64,000 nt of DNA. Source: an uncultured Negativicutes bacterium (GTDB lineage Bacteria; Bacillota; Negativicutes; JBAXTZ01). Below are positions 39,433 through 50,017 of this stretch, piece after piece; within the stretch, counting starts at the first letter, position 1, and the number at the start of each line of letters is the position of its first letter. The position numbers and the translations under genes are program-made. The notes under the pieces were generated by a model. That model saw only the letters and a list, made by a program, of their open reading frames with translations, did no database searches and was not told the DNA's origin. The stretch spans positions 1 through 64,000 of the forward strand of contig CAVRJL010000006.1 of assembly GCA_963721525.1 (NCBI GenBank), given 5' to 3'.

Positions 39433-40688
39433 CTTGTATAACTATTCCCTAAACCATAGCTTATAATTTTATCAACTAATCTCATAAAAGCTCGAACTGC
39501 TGTTTCTATATTATCATCTGAAGTATTTTCCTCTTTGCAATGGGATAACCCTCGTTCAGACATTACGAACATCATAACTGTGGGCAGTATCTTAGACATT
39601 TCAGCTGCGTCATGTAATGGACCAGAATAAATTGTTGTTCTTTCACCAGTTTCTTCCACTACTGCTTCTTTACAATATTCAACTAATTTCGAATCAAATA
39701 TAGTAGGATCAATAGTCCAAATTTTTTCCCATACGGCTTTGACTGAATATTCTTTAGCAGCTATTTCTACAGCTTTTCTAGCTTCTTCATTCATTAATAA
39801 CAATTTACTTTTATCAATAGAACGCTGGTCAAGAGAAATAATACAACTTTCCGGGACAATAGTTACTATATCTGGTCTTATAGCTACTTTGCCCACAGTA
39901 CATACTCCCTCGTACTTTAAAGCTATTTCTCTGAAAGCTAGAGCCGACTGTGCTGCTGCCAAAAATGCATCTTGTCTTAATAAGGTTGGAAATGATCCGG
40001 CATGCGCAGCTTGTCCTTCAAATTTAATATAATATCTTTCCACTCCAGTTATTCCATAAACACAGGCAATAGTTTTTTTATTGCTTTCTAATATAGGTCC
40101 TTGCTCAATATGTAATTCCGCAAAACCCAATCCTTTTCTTTTCTTAAATTGAGTATGTGCGTTCTCTATAGTATTTAAGTTGACACCATATTCAGCTAAA
40201 ACCTCTCCAATCTTATATCCGTTATTGTCAATTCTATGGATAATTTCACGTATATCTAATGTACCGCTTGCTGCCGATGACCCCATTAAACTACGACCAA
40301 AACGTGCTCCTTCTTCATCAGCCCAATTTACTGCATAAATAGTTTTTTTCGGACGAATTCTACTATATCTCTTAATGACTTCAAGCGCAGTGACTGCCCC
40401 TAAAGAACCATCTAGCCAACCGCCATTAGGAACACAATCAATATGGCTTCCGATTATAATAGATTCTACTGTTTCTCCAGTTAATTTTGCCCATGTATTT
40501 CCCGCTGCATCAATTGTTACCTTAGCTCCATATGATGTAGCTTTATTTGCAAACCAATTACGTGCTTTTTGCCAAACGGGAGTCCAAGCTACTCGTTGAG
40601 CTCCATATTCGTTCGAAGTTAACTCAGCTAGTTCACGTAAGTTAATAATTACATTTTTGCCTGCATTGATTAAAGAATCTTTTTTCAT
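39429..40688 (-). CDS. M20 Zn-dependent N-carbamoyl-amino-acid hydrolase (beta-ureidopropionase-like)
   Basis: GSHIDCVPNGGWLDG, DEEGARF, ELHIEQGP, HAG, HDA and SHCKEE motifs. Confidence 0.88.
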   Translation of the reverse strand: MKKDSLINAGKNVIINLRELAELTSNEYGAQRVAWTPVWQKARNWFANKATSYGAKVTIDAAGNTWAKLTGETVESIIIGSHIDCVPNGGWLDGSLGAVTALEVIKRYSRIRPKKTIYAVNWADEEGARFGRSLMGSSAASGTLDIREIIHRIDNNGYKIGEVLAEYGVNLNTIENAHTQFKKRKGLGFAELHIEQGPILESNKKTIACVYGITGVERYYIKFEGQAAHAGSFPTLLRQDAFLAAAQSALAFREIALKYEGVCTVGKVAIRPDIVTIVPESCIISLDQRSIDKSKLLLMNEEARKAVEIAAKEYSVKAVWEKIWTIDPTIFDSKLVEYCKEAVVEETGERTTIYSGPLHDAAEMSKILPTVMMFVMSERGLSHCKEENTSDDNIETAVRAFMRLVDKIISYGLGNSYTR

Positions 40689-40709
40689 TATTTCCTCTCA
40701 TTCTTAATT

Positions 40710-42092
40710 TTATGATATTTTCGAACGATAAATAAACTTACCTTCTGGTTGCGTCAAAACTAACTTACCTTTTTCTACTATATGTTTTCCGCCTAAAAAA
40801 ACATGTTCAATCGATCCTTTTTGTATAAAACCTTCATACGGTGTATAATCTACCGTTTGATGTAAATCTTTTACAGAAATTATCCTCGTTCCTTGAGGGT
40901 TATATATGATAATATCAGCGTCTGTGCCGATAGCAATTGTTCCTTTTTTTGGAGCAAGTCCAAAGGTAACTGCAGAATTATATGAAGTTAGTTTCACAAA
41001 TTGATTTAAAGAAAGTTTTCCAGTACATACTCCTTCTGTATACATTAAAGCAAATCGAGTTTCAATTCCAGGTATACCATTAGGTATAGTACGAAAGTCC
41101 GTATAGTCAGCTATTTTTTGATCAACAAAATTGAATGAACAATGATCTGTAGCAATAATATCGATTAAATCATTTTGTAATGCCTTCCATAAAATTTTAT
41201 TATCTCTTCTTTTACGTAAGGGTGGAGACATAACAAATTTTGCCCCTTCTATTCCAGGTGCAATGTAACGTGAATCATCTAATAATAAATATTGCGGACA
41301 AGTTTCTAAGTATACTTTTTGCCCATTTTGCCTTGCTTTAAGGGCTATATTTAAACCTTTAGCTGAACTAAGATGTACTATATATAGTGGGGCTTTTGCT
41401 ATACAAGCAATTGTTATTGCTCTTGATATTGACTCTGCTTCGAGATCATCTGGTCTAGTTAAGGCGTGGTAAATAGGATCATTTTGTCCTTTAGAAATTG
41501 CTTCTTTTATTAAGGCATTGATAATATCTCCATTTTCGCAATGTACTCCTACTAATATTCCGGATTGGCGAGCTGTTTTAAATATTTTATACATTGTTTC
41601 GTCTTCGATTTGAAATAAATTTTTGTATGCTAAAAATAATTTTATCGTAGATACCCCTGTTGTTTTAGGCAAAGTTTTAATTTCTTCCACAACCTCATTA
41701 TTACAATCAGTTATTGCTACATGGAACGCATAATCGGTAAAACATTTACCTGCAGCGCGCATATGCCAACTATCTATTGCTTGTTGTAAACTTTGTCCCT
41801 TTTTTTGTAAAGAAAAGTCAATAATAGTAGTTACACCGCCCATAATTGCAGCTTTCGTACCGGTAAAAAAATCATCACTTGTTGTTACATTTTCAAAAGG
41901 CATATCCAAATGAGTATGAGGATCAATTGTTCCAGGAAATAAATAATTGCCCAAAGCATTTATTGTCCTCGCATTATCATCTAACAAATCAATGCCTATT
42001 TGGCTTATTTTTTCGTTTTCAATTAATACGTCCGCTTTTACAACATCGCTGGCTGTAACTATTGTCCCATTTTTGATTAAAAATCTCATCAC
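40710..42092 (-). CDS. hydA: Dihydropyrimidinase / D-hydantoinase
   Basis: IDPHTHL, KLFLAY, VHCENG, VHLS, ETCPQYL, SPPLR and TDHC motifs. Confidence 0.93.
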   Translation of the reverse strand: MMRFLIKNGTIVTASDVVKADVLIENEKISQIGIDLLDDNARTINALGNYLFPGTIDPHTHLDMPFENVTTSDDFFTGTKAAIMGGVTTIIDFSLQKKGQSLQQAIDSWHMRAAGKCFTDYAFHVAITDCNNEVVEEIKTLPKTTGVSTIKLFLAYKNLFQIEDETMYKIFKTARQSGILVGVHCENGDIINALIKEAISKGQNDPIYHALTRPDDLEAESISRAITIACIAKAPLYIVHLSSAKGLNIALKARQNGQKVYLETCPQYLLLDDSRYIAPGIEGAKFVMSPPLRKRRDNKILWKALQNDLIDIIATDHCSFNFVDQKIADYTDFRTIPNGIPGIETRFALMYTEGVCTGKLSLNQFVKLTSYNSAVTFGLAPKKGTIAIGTDADIIIYNPQGTRIISVKDLHQTVDYTPYEGFIQKGSIEHVFLGGKHIVEKGKLVLTQPEGKFIYRSKIS

Positions 42093-42473
42093 TAGCTCCT
42101 TTTTTTGATTATAGTTTACTTTATATTAATCGAAGTAGAAAAGTAACTAAAAAAAATAAACTAAAAAAATAAGTTTAATGAATTAAAATATCTAATATTA
42201 TCGATGAAACTCTAGCTATATCTCTTTACACATAAAATATCATAAAGAATGTTATGAGATTTTATTTTAAATTAAAGAACTGCAATTATAAAAATATACT
42301 TCATTATATTACAGTATCTGTAAGAAGCAACATTTTTTATGAGATCTTTTAAAACTAAAATAAATTATATCTTTTAAGTAAATTTATATTCGTTTAATGC
42401 AGAAAATAGATATACAAAAAATTAACTATACTTTTAATACGTTAATTACGATTGACTTTAAAGTGTAGTTTTC

Positions 42474-42508
42474 GAAATAACACTTTAGTGAAACTAAAGT
42501 GTTATTTC
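42474..42508. terminator. Perfect 15-bp hairpin downstream of gmk
   Basis: GAAATAACACTTTAG-TGAAA-CTAAAGTGTTATTTC. Confidence 0.65.
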
Positions 42509-42558
42509 TCCCATCTACATTGGCATTTATAATAATAATTATTTATATACATAATCCA

Positions 42559-43185
42559 TTAATAATTATTAGAATTACTATTTACAATTTTCGTTATAAA
42601 ATCTGTAGTGCGTTCAACTTTGCAATATTCGGCTTTTATTATAGAATAAAATTTTTCAACAGCATCATCTAATACGTCATTTATAATTATATAGTTATAG
42701 TTGTGAGCCATTGCTAATTCTCTTTTCGCATATCCTAATCTTTGTCTTATTATTTTACTCCCATCTGTCCCACGTTTATTTATTCGCATTATTAATTCTT
42801 CAAATGATGGAGGCGCTACAAATATCAATACGGCATGAGGGAACTTAGCTCTGACTTGTAATGCTCCATGTATATCAATCTCTAAAATAAAATCTTCACC
42901 TTTTTTAATACATTCTAATAAAATTTTTATAGGAGTTCCGTAAAAATTACCATATACTTCTGCCCATTCTAATAACTCGTCATGATGAATCATTGTTTTA
43001 AAAGCTTCTTTTGTAATAAACCAATAATTTTTACCGCTAGTTTCTCCTGTACGTGGTTGTCTTGTTGTTGTCGATATAGATAAATTAATTTTAAGTTTTG
43101 AATATTGTTCAAGCAATGTTTTTATTAACGTGCCTTTACCTGCACCTGATGGTCCTGAAACTACAAACAAGATGCCTTCACGCAT
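42559..43185 (-). CDS. gmk: Guanylate kinase
   Basis: SGPSGAGKGT, STTTRQPR.GE and EWAEVYGNFYGT motifs. Confidence 0.97.
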   Translation of the reverse strand: MREGILFVVSGPSGAGKGTLIKTLLEQYSKLKINLSISTTTRQPRTGETSGKNYWFITKEAFKTMIHHDELLEWAEVYGNFYGTPIKILLECIKKGEDFILEIDIHGALQVRAKFPHAVLIFVAPPSFEELIMRINKRGTDGSKIIRQRLGYAKRELAMAHNYNYIIINDVLDDAVEKFYSIIKAEYCKVERTTDFITKIVNSNSNNY

Positions 43186-43261
43186 TTTTAGCTCCTTATT
43201 TTTGTTTACTTATTTATAAATTTTTACCTAGATATTTTTATTAGGCAATAATATGATAAAA

Positions 43262-44083
43262 TTAAAGTATTTCCCCGTAAAATACTTCTTGTGCGTCTCC
43301 AATTTTTAAAATATGATTATTTTCCCCCCACATTAAGTCCAGTGTACCTCCTTCCATTTTAACTTTTACTTCTTTTTTAGTTTTACCCAAAAGGTTTCCC
43401 ACAACTACACTTGCAGCTGCTCCTGTTCCGCAAGCAAGAGTACTTCCAACTCCTCTTTCCCAAATACGTATATAAATTTCAGAAGGGTTCATTATCTGAA
43501 CAAATTCAACATTTGTACCCCGGGGGAAAATAGGATATTTTTCTATTTTTTGGGCCAAGTTTTCTAAACTAATTTTACTTATATCTTCAACAAAACTAAC
43601 GCAATGAGGCTCTCCTATATGTATAGCATGCACAATGAGTTTTTTATTGTCAATAATAATTTCTTTGTTTAACGACGATTCATCTTCCCTTCCCAACATA
43701 GGGATTGAAGACTTTGTCCAATTAGGTTTGCCTAAATCGATACATATTTTATCGTTGTCAAATATTTGGGCTACTACTAATCCAGACAGTGTTTCAAAAG
43801 AAATATTCGATTTATATTTTATATATTTATATTTATACAAATGTTTTACAAAGCAACGCGCAGCATTTCCACACATTCTAGCTTGGGAACCATTGTTATT
43901 AAATATTTGCATGTTGTACTCAGTAGTTATTCCCTTTTTAATGAAAACTAATCCGTCTGCTCCGATACCAAAATGTCTATCGCAAATCCTTTTAACAAGA
44001 AAATTAGTTTGTTTATATTCATCTTCTAAATTATCTATTATTATAAAATCGTTACCAAGTCCATGCCATTTATGAAATTTCAT
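43262..44083 (-). CDS. dapF: Diaminopimelate epimerase
   Basis: HGLGNDF, MCGN, PHCV and ERGVG.TLACGTG; ATG at 44083 with an RBS. Confidence 0.95.
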   Translation of the reverse strand: MKFHKWHGLGNDFIIIDNLEDEYKQTNFLVKRICDRHFGIGADGLVFIKKGITTEYNMQIFNNNGSQARMCGNAARCFVKHLYKYKYIKYKSNISFETLSGLVVAQIFDNDKICIDLGKPNWTKSSIPMLGREDESSLNKEIIIDNKKLIVHAIHIGEPHCVSFVEDISKISLENLAQKIEKYPIFPRGTNVEFVQIMNPSEIYIRIWERGVGSTLACGTGAAASVVVGNLLGKTKKEVKVKMEGGTLDLMWGENNHILKIGDAQEVFYGEIL

Positions 44084-44485
44084 ATTTTCCTCTTCCTCAA
44101 CAAAAAAATAGATTTTAAAAATCAAATTTATAAAAAAATATCGATTGAAATACTACCTTTAAATTATACAAACTTTAAATTATACAAATTTTATATATTT
44201 TGTTTCTTTTTAAAATACTAAGATATAAATAGCACAGATTATTATTTAGTGTATATATATATAATTTTTATAATAGAAACCTTGAAAATCTAAAATTATA
44301 TAAAAATTAATACCAAAATGATGAAAACAATTATTGGTTTGAAAAATTTAATATTGATATAAAAACTTATATATTATTATGATAAAATTTCGATTTTTAG
44401 AAATTTGTAATGTATGCAAATGAAAAAATTATCTTCATAAAGTTAAAAAAAATTTAATTTGTAGCAATTATAGTTAGAAGCAATT

Positions 44486-45613
44486 TTACTCTTCTTTTAT
44501 AAACCAACTAAATAAAAACGCCATCAAAGGTAGCCACATTAAAAAAATAAAAACAGTAGTTACATCATAACAGTCTGCAATTTTACCTAGTAATATTGTT
44601 GCTCCAGCTCCCATTCCCATAGAAAGACCCATAGTAAGAGCTGAAGCAGTGGCAATTTTATTGGGCATAAGTTTTTGCGATATTACAATTAAGCTTGTCC
44701 ATGCAGCAGCCATTAAACTATTATTTAAAATTATCAAAAAACAGGATAAATATAATGACGAATTTAAAAATAAAAATATTAGTAATGTTGAAGGCAAAGT
44801 TGTCCAAAGAATCACTTTTCTACTGCTAAATTTATCTGTGAACACTCCACCAAGATAGGTACCTATCATTCCAGAAAGTTGAGATAGCGCTAGTATTAAC
44901 CCACCAAATGATTCATTTTGTCCTCTATAAGCTATAAGATACATTGGTAAAAAAGCTAACACTCCTGAAATTATAAACGAACGTAAAAATAACACCATTA
45001 GAACCATTAATAAAGAGATAACTATTTTACGACCTATAATAGCTTTAGGATATTGTAAATTTATTTTTGACATTGATTTCGCTGCTTTTAATAATGGTAA
45101 AAATAATAACAAAGAAGGTAAACAAAAAATAAATTCCAAATTTATTTTTTTACTTAGAAATATGCCCATTATTAACGAACCTAATGCTGAACCAACAAAC
45201 CCACCTAATGTAAATAATCCTATACCTTTGCCAGTATTTTTACCACTGAAATAGTTAGCGCAGCGCGCTCCTTCTGGATGAAAAACTGAGCTTCCTATTC
45301 CGGAAAAAATAATCCATAAAAAAACCGCATAATAATTTTTAACATATATGCACATTAGAAAACCTATTACAGATATTAAACAACCTAACGGCATATATAT
45401 AGACTGATGTTTTCTATCGCTTAAAACCCCAAATATTGGTTGACTGATAGAACCTGTTATCCAAAATACCATAGGCAAAAAAGACATTTGCGCAAAATTC
45501 AAGCCAAATTTATTTTTAAAATAAGGTAAAGCTATTAACAGAGCTCCACTTGGAATATCAACCACTAAATGGCCTAAAGCCAGTATCCAAACTTTATAAG
45601 ATATTTTATTCAT
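44486..45613 (-). CDS. MFS transporter (Fsr-like)
   Basis: LGHLVVD, QPIFGVLSDR and FHPEG motifs; about 12 hydrophobic segments. Confidence 0.85.
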   Translation of the reverse strand: MNKISYKVWILALGHLVVDIPSGALLIALPYFKNKFGLNFAQMSFLPMVFWITGSISQPIFGVLSDRKHQSIYMPLGCLISVIGFLMCIYVKNYYAVFLWIIFSGIGSSVFHPEGARCANYFSGKNTGKGIGLFTLGGFVGSALGSLIMGIFLSKKINLEFIFCLPSLLLFLPLLKAAKSMSKINLQYPKAIIGRKIVISLLMVLMVLFLRSFIISGVLAFLPMYLIAYRGQNESFGGLILALSQLSGMIGTYLGGVFTDKFSSRKVILWTTLPSTLLIFLFLNSSLYLSCFLIILNNSLMAAAWTSLIVISQKLMPNKIATASALTMGLSMGMGAGATILLGKIADCYDVTTVFIFLMWLPLMAFLFSWFIKEE

Positions 45614-45670
45614 ATTTTCTCACATATTAAATTTTTATTTATATTCCATAGCAAATAATTTAATTCAACC

Positions 45671-45783
45671 AAAAAAAGAAAACCGGCGTTCGCCGGCTTT
45701 AATTCTTATATCCGCACAGTAAATCATCCTCCCCACTTTCGTCCTTCGCCAACAGACGACACTCCCAATGCTTTACTGTTTCA
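45671..45783 (-). promoter_or_regulatory. Structured leader with terminator; unassigned riboswitch/attenuator candidate
   Basis: GC-rich island: ACAGTAAA/TTTACTGT stem, inner TCGTCT/GGACGA stem, then the terminator GCCGGCG-AA-CGCCGGT with TTTCTTTTTTT. Confidence 0.65.
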
Positions 45784-45788
45784 AGTTT

Positions 45789-45817
45789 ATTATAATAGTT
45801 TTGATAAAATTATTCAA
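45789..45817 (-). promoter_or_regulatory. SigA promoter of the MFS leader
   Basis: TTGAAT-17 nt-TATAAT directly before the leader. Confidence 0.6.
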
Positions 45818-45833
45818 GTAATGCAAAAAAACT

Positions 45834-47030
45834 TCATAAATTTTTTTGTAGTTTAAAAGCCTTAATTAACTCAGGTATAACCTCAAACAAATTTCCTACT
45901 ATTCCATAGTTAGCTACTTTAAATATTGGAGCATCAGAATCTTTATTTATAGCTACAATAATGTCTGAACTTCTCATACCTGCGATATGTTGTATTGCTC
46001 CGCTAATTCCGCAAGCAAAGTATATTTTTGGACTTACAGTTTTTCCAGTTTGCCCTATCTGTTGAAATGAAGGTATCCAACCAGCATCTACGACAGCACG
46101 ACTTGCTCCTACAACTCCACCTAGTACACTGGCTAACTCTTTTAATAAAATAAAATTTTCTTGCAATTGCAATCCTCTGCCACCTGCCACAATTATTTTA
46201 GCTTCTTCTAGATTACAATTTACTTCATTGTTTTTTATAGTTTTTATAATTTTTGTTTTTAAATCTTTTTCTTCTACGGTTGTTTTAAATTTTATAATTT
46301 TACCTACTTTTGTAAAATCTTCTTGAGGCTTTTTAAATACTTTAGGGCGAATTGTTCCCATTTGCGGACGATGATGCGGACAAATAATTGTTGCCATAAC
46401 ATTTCCGCCAAAAGCAGGACGTGTCCATTCAACAAGTCTTTTGTCCATATCGATACTTAAATTAGTACAATCTGCAGTAAGACCGGTGCTTACTCTACAA
46501 GCAATACGAGGGCCTAAATCACGGCCATCAGGTGTTGCTCCCAATAATATAACCGAAGGGTTATTTTCTTTAATAAGGTCTACAAACGCTTTAGTATAAG
46601 TATCTGTTGAATATTGTGTAAAAATTTTATCTTCAATTAAATATACTTTATCTGCACCATTGGCAAAAATATTTGTACAAAGGTTTGCGACATCATTCCC
46701 TATCAATACTCCACATAATCCTGTTTTTAAATAGCTAGCAAGTTTACTCCCTTCTCCAAGCAATTCTAATGATACATCTTTTATTTTATTCTCAAAATGT
46801 TCTATATAAATCCATATATCTTTATAGTTATTTATATTTACCGCACCAAATATTTCTTCTTCTTCTCGTAAAATTGCTTTTTGAGGACATACATTAATGC
46901 AAAGACCGCATACTGTACAACTTTCTCCTATTATAGGCTTGCAATCTACCATGTGTATCGCGGAAAAAGGACATTGATTTACACACAAACCACATCCTAC
47001 ACATTTCTCTTCAATCACCTTTACTGCCAT
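45834..47030 (-). CDS. etfA: Electron transfer flavoprotein alpha subunit with N-terminal 2x[4Fe-4S] domain
   Basis: CVGCGLC...CP and CTVCGLC...CP; GLTADCT, RPAFGGN, QIGQTGK and GISGAIQH. Confidence 0.95.
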   Translation of the reverse strand: MAVKVIEEKCVGCGLCVNQCPFSAIHMVDCKPIIGESCTVCGLCINVCPQKAILREEEEIFGAVNINNYKDIWIYIEHFENKIKDVSLELLGEGSKLASYLKTGLCGVLIGNDVANLCTNIFANGADKVYLIEDKIFTQYSTDTYTKAFVDLIKENNPSVILLGATPDGRDLGPRIACRVSTGLTADCTNLSIDMDKRLVEWTRPAFGGNVMATIICPHHRPQMGTIRPKVFKKPQEDFTKVGKIIKFKTTVEEKDLKTKIIKTIKNNEVNCNLEEAKIIVAGGRGLQLQENFILLKELASVLGGVVGASRAVVDAGWIPSFQQIGQTGKTVSPKIYFACGISGAIQHIAGMRSSDIIVAINKDSDAPIFKVANYGIVGNLFEVIPELIKAFKLQKNL

Positions 47031-47040
47031 ATTTCCTCCT

Positions 47041-47829
47041 CTATCCGCAAGCTTTGCAAAGCATTTCAACTAACATTTTTGCTGCTGTTTCTGCAGTTTC
47101 ACCGCTAATTATTTTACCCTGTCCTCTTTGTTCGGGAGTAAAAATATTTCTAACTTGCGTAGGGCTTCCTATTAAACCTAATCGTTTAAAATTGACATCT
47201 AACCCCTTTGCAGTAATAACTTCAATGCTTTCTTTCTTAAGTGCTTTTAGGCAACCCCAAACATTTCCTGTGCGTGGTTCATTTAAAGATTTCACTGCCG
47301 TTAGTAAAACAGGAATTTTTACTTCAACTACTTCAAAATAGTCATCTTGTTCTCTATAAACATGTAATAATTTTGTATCTTTTATTTCAATTTTTGCTAC
47401 ATAAGTAACCTGGGGAATACCAAGATATTCTGCTATTTCTGGCCCTACTTGTGCGGTATCTCCATCAATAGCCTGTTTACCGCAAAATACTATATCAAAA
47501 GAACCTAACTTCTCTATAGCTTTAGATAAAATATAACTTGTAGCTAATGTATCCGATCCGCTAAATTTTCTATCCGAAACTAAGACTGCTCTATCCGCCC
47601 CCATAACAATACATTCTTTTAACGCTTCTGCTGCTTGGGGTGGTCCCATTGTTATAACTGTTACATTTCCTCCACATTGCTCTTTTATTTTCAATGCTCC
47701 TTCTAAAGCATGTTTATCAAAAGGGTTTACAATACTTGGTACACCCTGTCTTATAAGAGTATTTGTTGTAGAATCAATGCGTACCTCTGTAGTATCAGGT
47801 ACTTGTTTTATACATACAATCATATTCAT
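47041..47829 (-). CDS. etfB: Electron transfer flavoprotein beta subunit
   Basis: VCIKQVPDT, NPFD, GKQAIDGDTAQVGP and GSPTQV motifs. Confidence 0.95.
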   Translation of the reverse strand: MNMIVCIKQVPDTTEVRIDSTTNTLIRQGVPSIVNPFDKHALEGALKIKEQCGGNVTVITMGPPQAAEALKECIVMGADRAVLVSDRKFSGSDTLATSYILSKAIEKLGSFDIVFCGKQAIDGDTAQVGPEIAEYLGIPQVTYVAKIEIKDTKLLHVYREQDDYFEVVEVKIPVLLTAVKSLNEPRTGNVWGCLKALKKESIEVITAKGLDVNFKRLGLIGSPTQVRNIFTPEQRGQGKIISGETAETAAKMLVEMLCKACG

Positions 47830-47847
47830 AACATAAATCCCTCTCAA

Positions 47848-48984
47848 TCATTTCAACATAGCGTTTGCTACTATTATACGCTGAATTTGGTTTGTGCCTT
47901 CATATATTTGCGTGATTTTCGCATTACGCATTAATCTCTCCACTGGATATTCACGACTATATCCATAGCCACCTAATATTTGTATCGCATTACTTGTAAT
48001 TTCCATTGCTACATCTGAGGCATACATTTTTGCCATAGCACTTTCTTTAGAAAATGGCAATCCATTATCTTTAAGCCATGCCGCCCTATATACCATTATT
48101 CGTGCTGCATCTGTTTTTGTTTGCATATCAGCTAACATGAAAGATATTGCTTGATTAGAAGCTATAGGCTTACCAAATTGACAACGAGTTTTAGCATAAC
48201 TCACAGCATGATCAACTGCAGCTTGAGCTATACCTACAGCTTGAGATGCAATCCCAATCCTGCCCCCATCCAAAGACGCCATAGCTATTTTAAACCCTTG
48301 ACCTTCTTTGCCAAGTAAATTTTTTTTAGAAATACAACAATTTTGAAATACTAATTCCATAGTAATAGATGTATTTATTCCCATTTTATGTTCACGTTTC
48401 CCGAAAGTAAAACCTGGCGTCCCTTTTTCTACAACAAAAGCAGAAATTCCTCTAATTCCTTTTGCTTTATTAGTCATAGCAATTACTATATAAGTTTCTG
48501 CCTCACCACCGTTTGTTATGAAAATTTTATTTCCATTTAAAACATATTCATCACCAACTAAAATAGCAGTTGTTTCTTGAGCACTAGCATCGCTACCTGC
48601 ATTGGCTTCAGTCAACCCAAAGGCTCCTAAATTTTTTCCTTCGCAAATAGGTATTAAATACTTTTGTTTTTGATTTTCAGTTCCATAAATAAATATTGGC
48701 CATGCACATAATGAGGTAGCCCCTATAGCTAAACATGTGCCATCATCATATTTACTTAATTCTTCATTAGCTATTATATAACTTAGATAATTTGCGTTAG
48801 CACCACCATATTCTTTTGGAAACGGCAAAGCTTGAACTCCTAATTTTAGCATTTCATTAACAAGATGACGATTAAATTCTTGTTTTTCATCACGCTCGAC
48901 AATAGTAGGAGCTAATTTTTTTTCTGCAAACTCTTTGCAAAGTTTTTTAATTAATATTTGCTCTTCTGTAAATCTAAAATCCAT
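47848..48984 (-). CDS. bcd: Short-chain acyl-CoA dehydrogenase (Bcd-like)
   Basis: FGLTEANAGSD, KIFITN, LDGGRIGIA, GGYGY and KITQIYEGT motifs. Confidence 0.9.
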   Translation of the reverse strand: MDFRFTEEQILIKKLCKEFAEKKLAPTIVERDEKQEFNRHLVNEMLKLGVQALPFPKEYGGANANYLSYIIANEELSKYDDGTCLAIGATSLCAWPIFIYGTENQKQKYLIPICEGKNLGAFGLTEANAGSDASAQETTAILVGDEYVLNGNKIFITNGGEAETYIVIAMTNKAKGIRGISAFVVEKGTPGFTFGKREHKMGINTSITMELVFQNCCISKKNLLGKEGQGFKIAMASLDGGRIGIASQAVGIAQAAVDHAVSYAKTRCQFGKPIASNQAISFMLADMQTKTDAARIMVYRAAWLKDNGLPFSKESAMAKMYASDVAMEITSNAIQILGGYGYSREYPVERLMRNAKITQIYEGTNQIQRIIVANAMLK

Positions 48985-49405
48985 AAATAAGTCTCCTGAA
49001 ATTTAAATGTAGTTAATTTTAACAACAAATGATAATAATAACAATTTTAAAAATTTATAGGTTAAATTAATTTAATTTTATTCTCATATTATTATTATTT
49101 AAAATTATATTATAAAAAATAAAAATAGAGTTTACTTTTAATTATCCATATATTGAACCGAGGATAAGAGCATTAGGTTAGTATTGTATAAATTGTATAA
49201 ATTGATACTTTCTCAAAGCATCTGTTATAGCTATAAAATATTCATTGAAAGAAAGCGTAGTTTAAAGATAAAATGAACTATAAGATATAAAGAAAAACCA
49301 AATATTAACGAATATTATTTTTATTGTTTTAATTTTTTTTGTTTGTTATCATGCCATTGTTAATAATAATGTATAAAATTAAAACTAGGAGTTATTATAA
49401 TCATT

Positions 49406-49981
49406 ATGAAAAAGAAAATTCCAGTAAGCGTATCAGCAAGACATGTACATCTTAAACAGGGAGATGTAGAGAAATTATTCGGAAAAGGAGCTGAGTTAAC
49501 TGTTTTTAAATCTTTATTTCAACCCGGTTCCTATGCTTGCAATGAAAAAGTAGACATTGTTACAGATAAAGGAATGATTAAAGGGGTGCGGATATTGGGT
49601 CCAATGAATAAACAAACGCAAGTAGAAATATCTATGACAGATGCTTTAAAACTTAAAGTAAATATACCTATACGTGCTAGCGGTAATTTAAAAAATTCAG
49701 CTGCTTGTAAGTTAGTTGGTCCTGCTGGTGAATTAGTTTTAAAAGAAGGACTTATTGGAGCCCAGCGTCATATACATGCTAGTAAAAAAGATGCAGAAGA
49801 ATTGGGTATCTGTGATAAACAGATTGTAAGTGTTTGTTGTATCGGAGTAAGGGGATTGAAATTTGATAATGTATTAGTTCGCATTAATAACGAATTCAAA
49901 TTAGAAATGCATATTGATACTGACGAAGCAAATGCATGTTTTATAGGGGAATGCAATAATGAAGCACAAATTGTGAATTAA
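49406..49981 (+). CDS. pduL: Phosphate propanoyltransferase PduL
   Basis: VSARHVHL, QTQVEIS.TD, QRHIH and EMHIDTDEANA motifs. Confidence 0.92.
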   Translation: MKKKIPVSVSARHVHLKQGDVEKLFGKGAELTVFKSLFQPGSYACNEKVDIVTDKGMIKGVRILGPMNKQTQVEISMTDALKLKVNIPIRASGNLKNSAACKLVGPAGELVLKEGLIGAQRHIHASKKDAEELGICDKQIVSVCCIGVRGLKFDNVLVRINNEFKLEMHIDTDEANACFIGECNNEAQIVN

Positions 49982-50017
49982 ACTTAGAATATTAAAAAAG
50001 GAAATACGGAGGACAGA

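Noticed and set aside
45671-45783. Assigning the MFS leader as a ZTP, THF or T-box element
   Set aside because: Only partial motif similarity; the defining conserved blocks are missing, so it is left unassigned.
48985-49405. Rex operator in the bcd/pduL divergent region (TAGTTAATTTTAACAA)
   Set aside because: Half-site spacing does not match the 18-bp Rex box, and such matches are expected by chance in AT-rich DNA.
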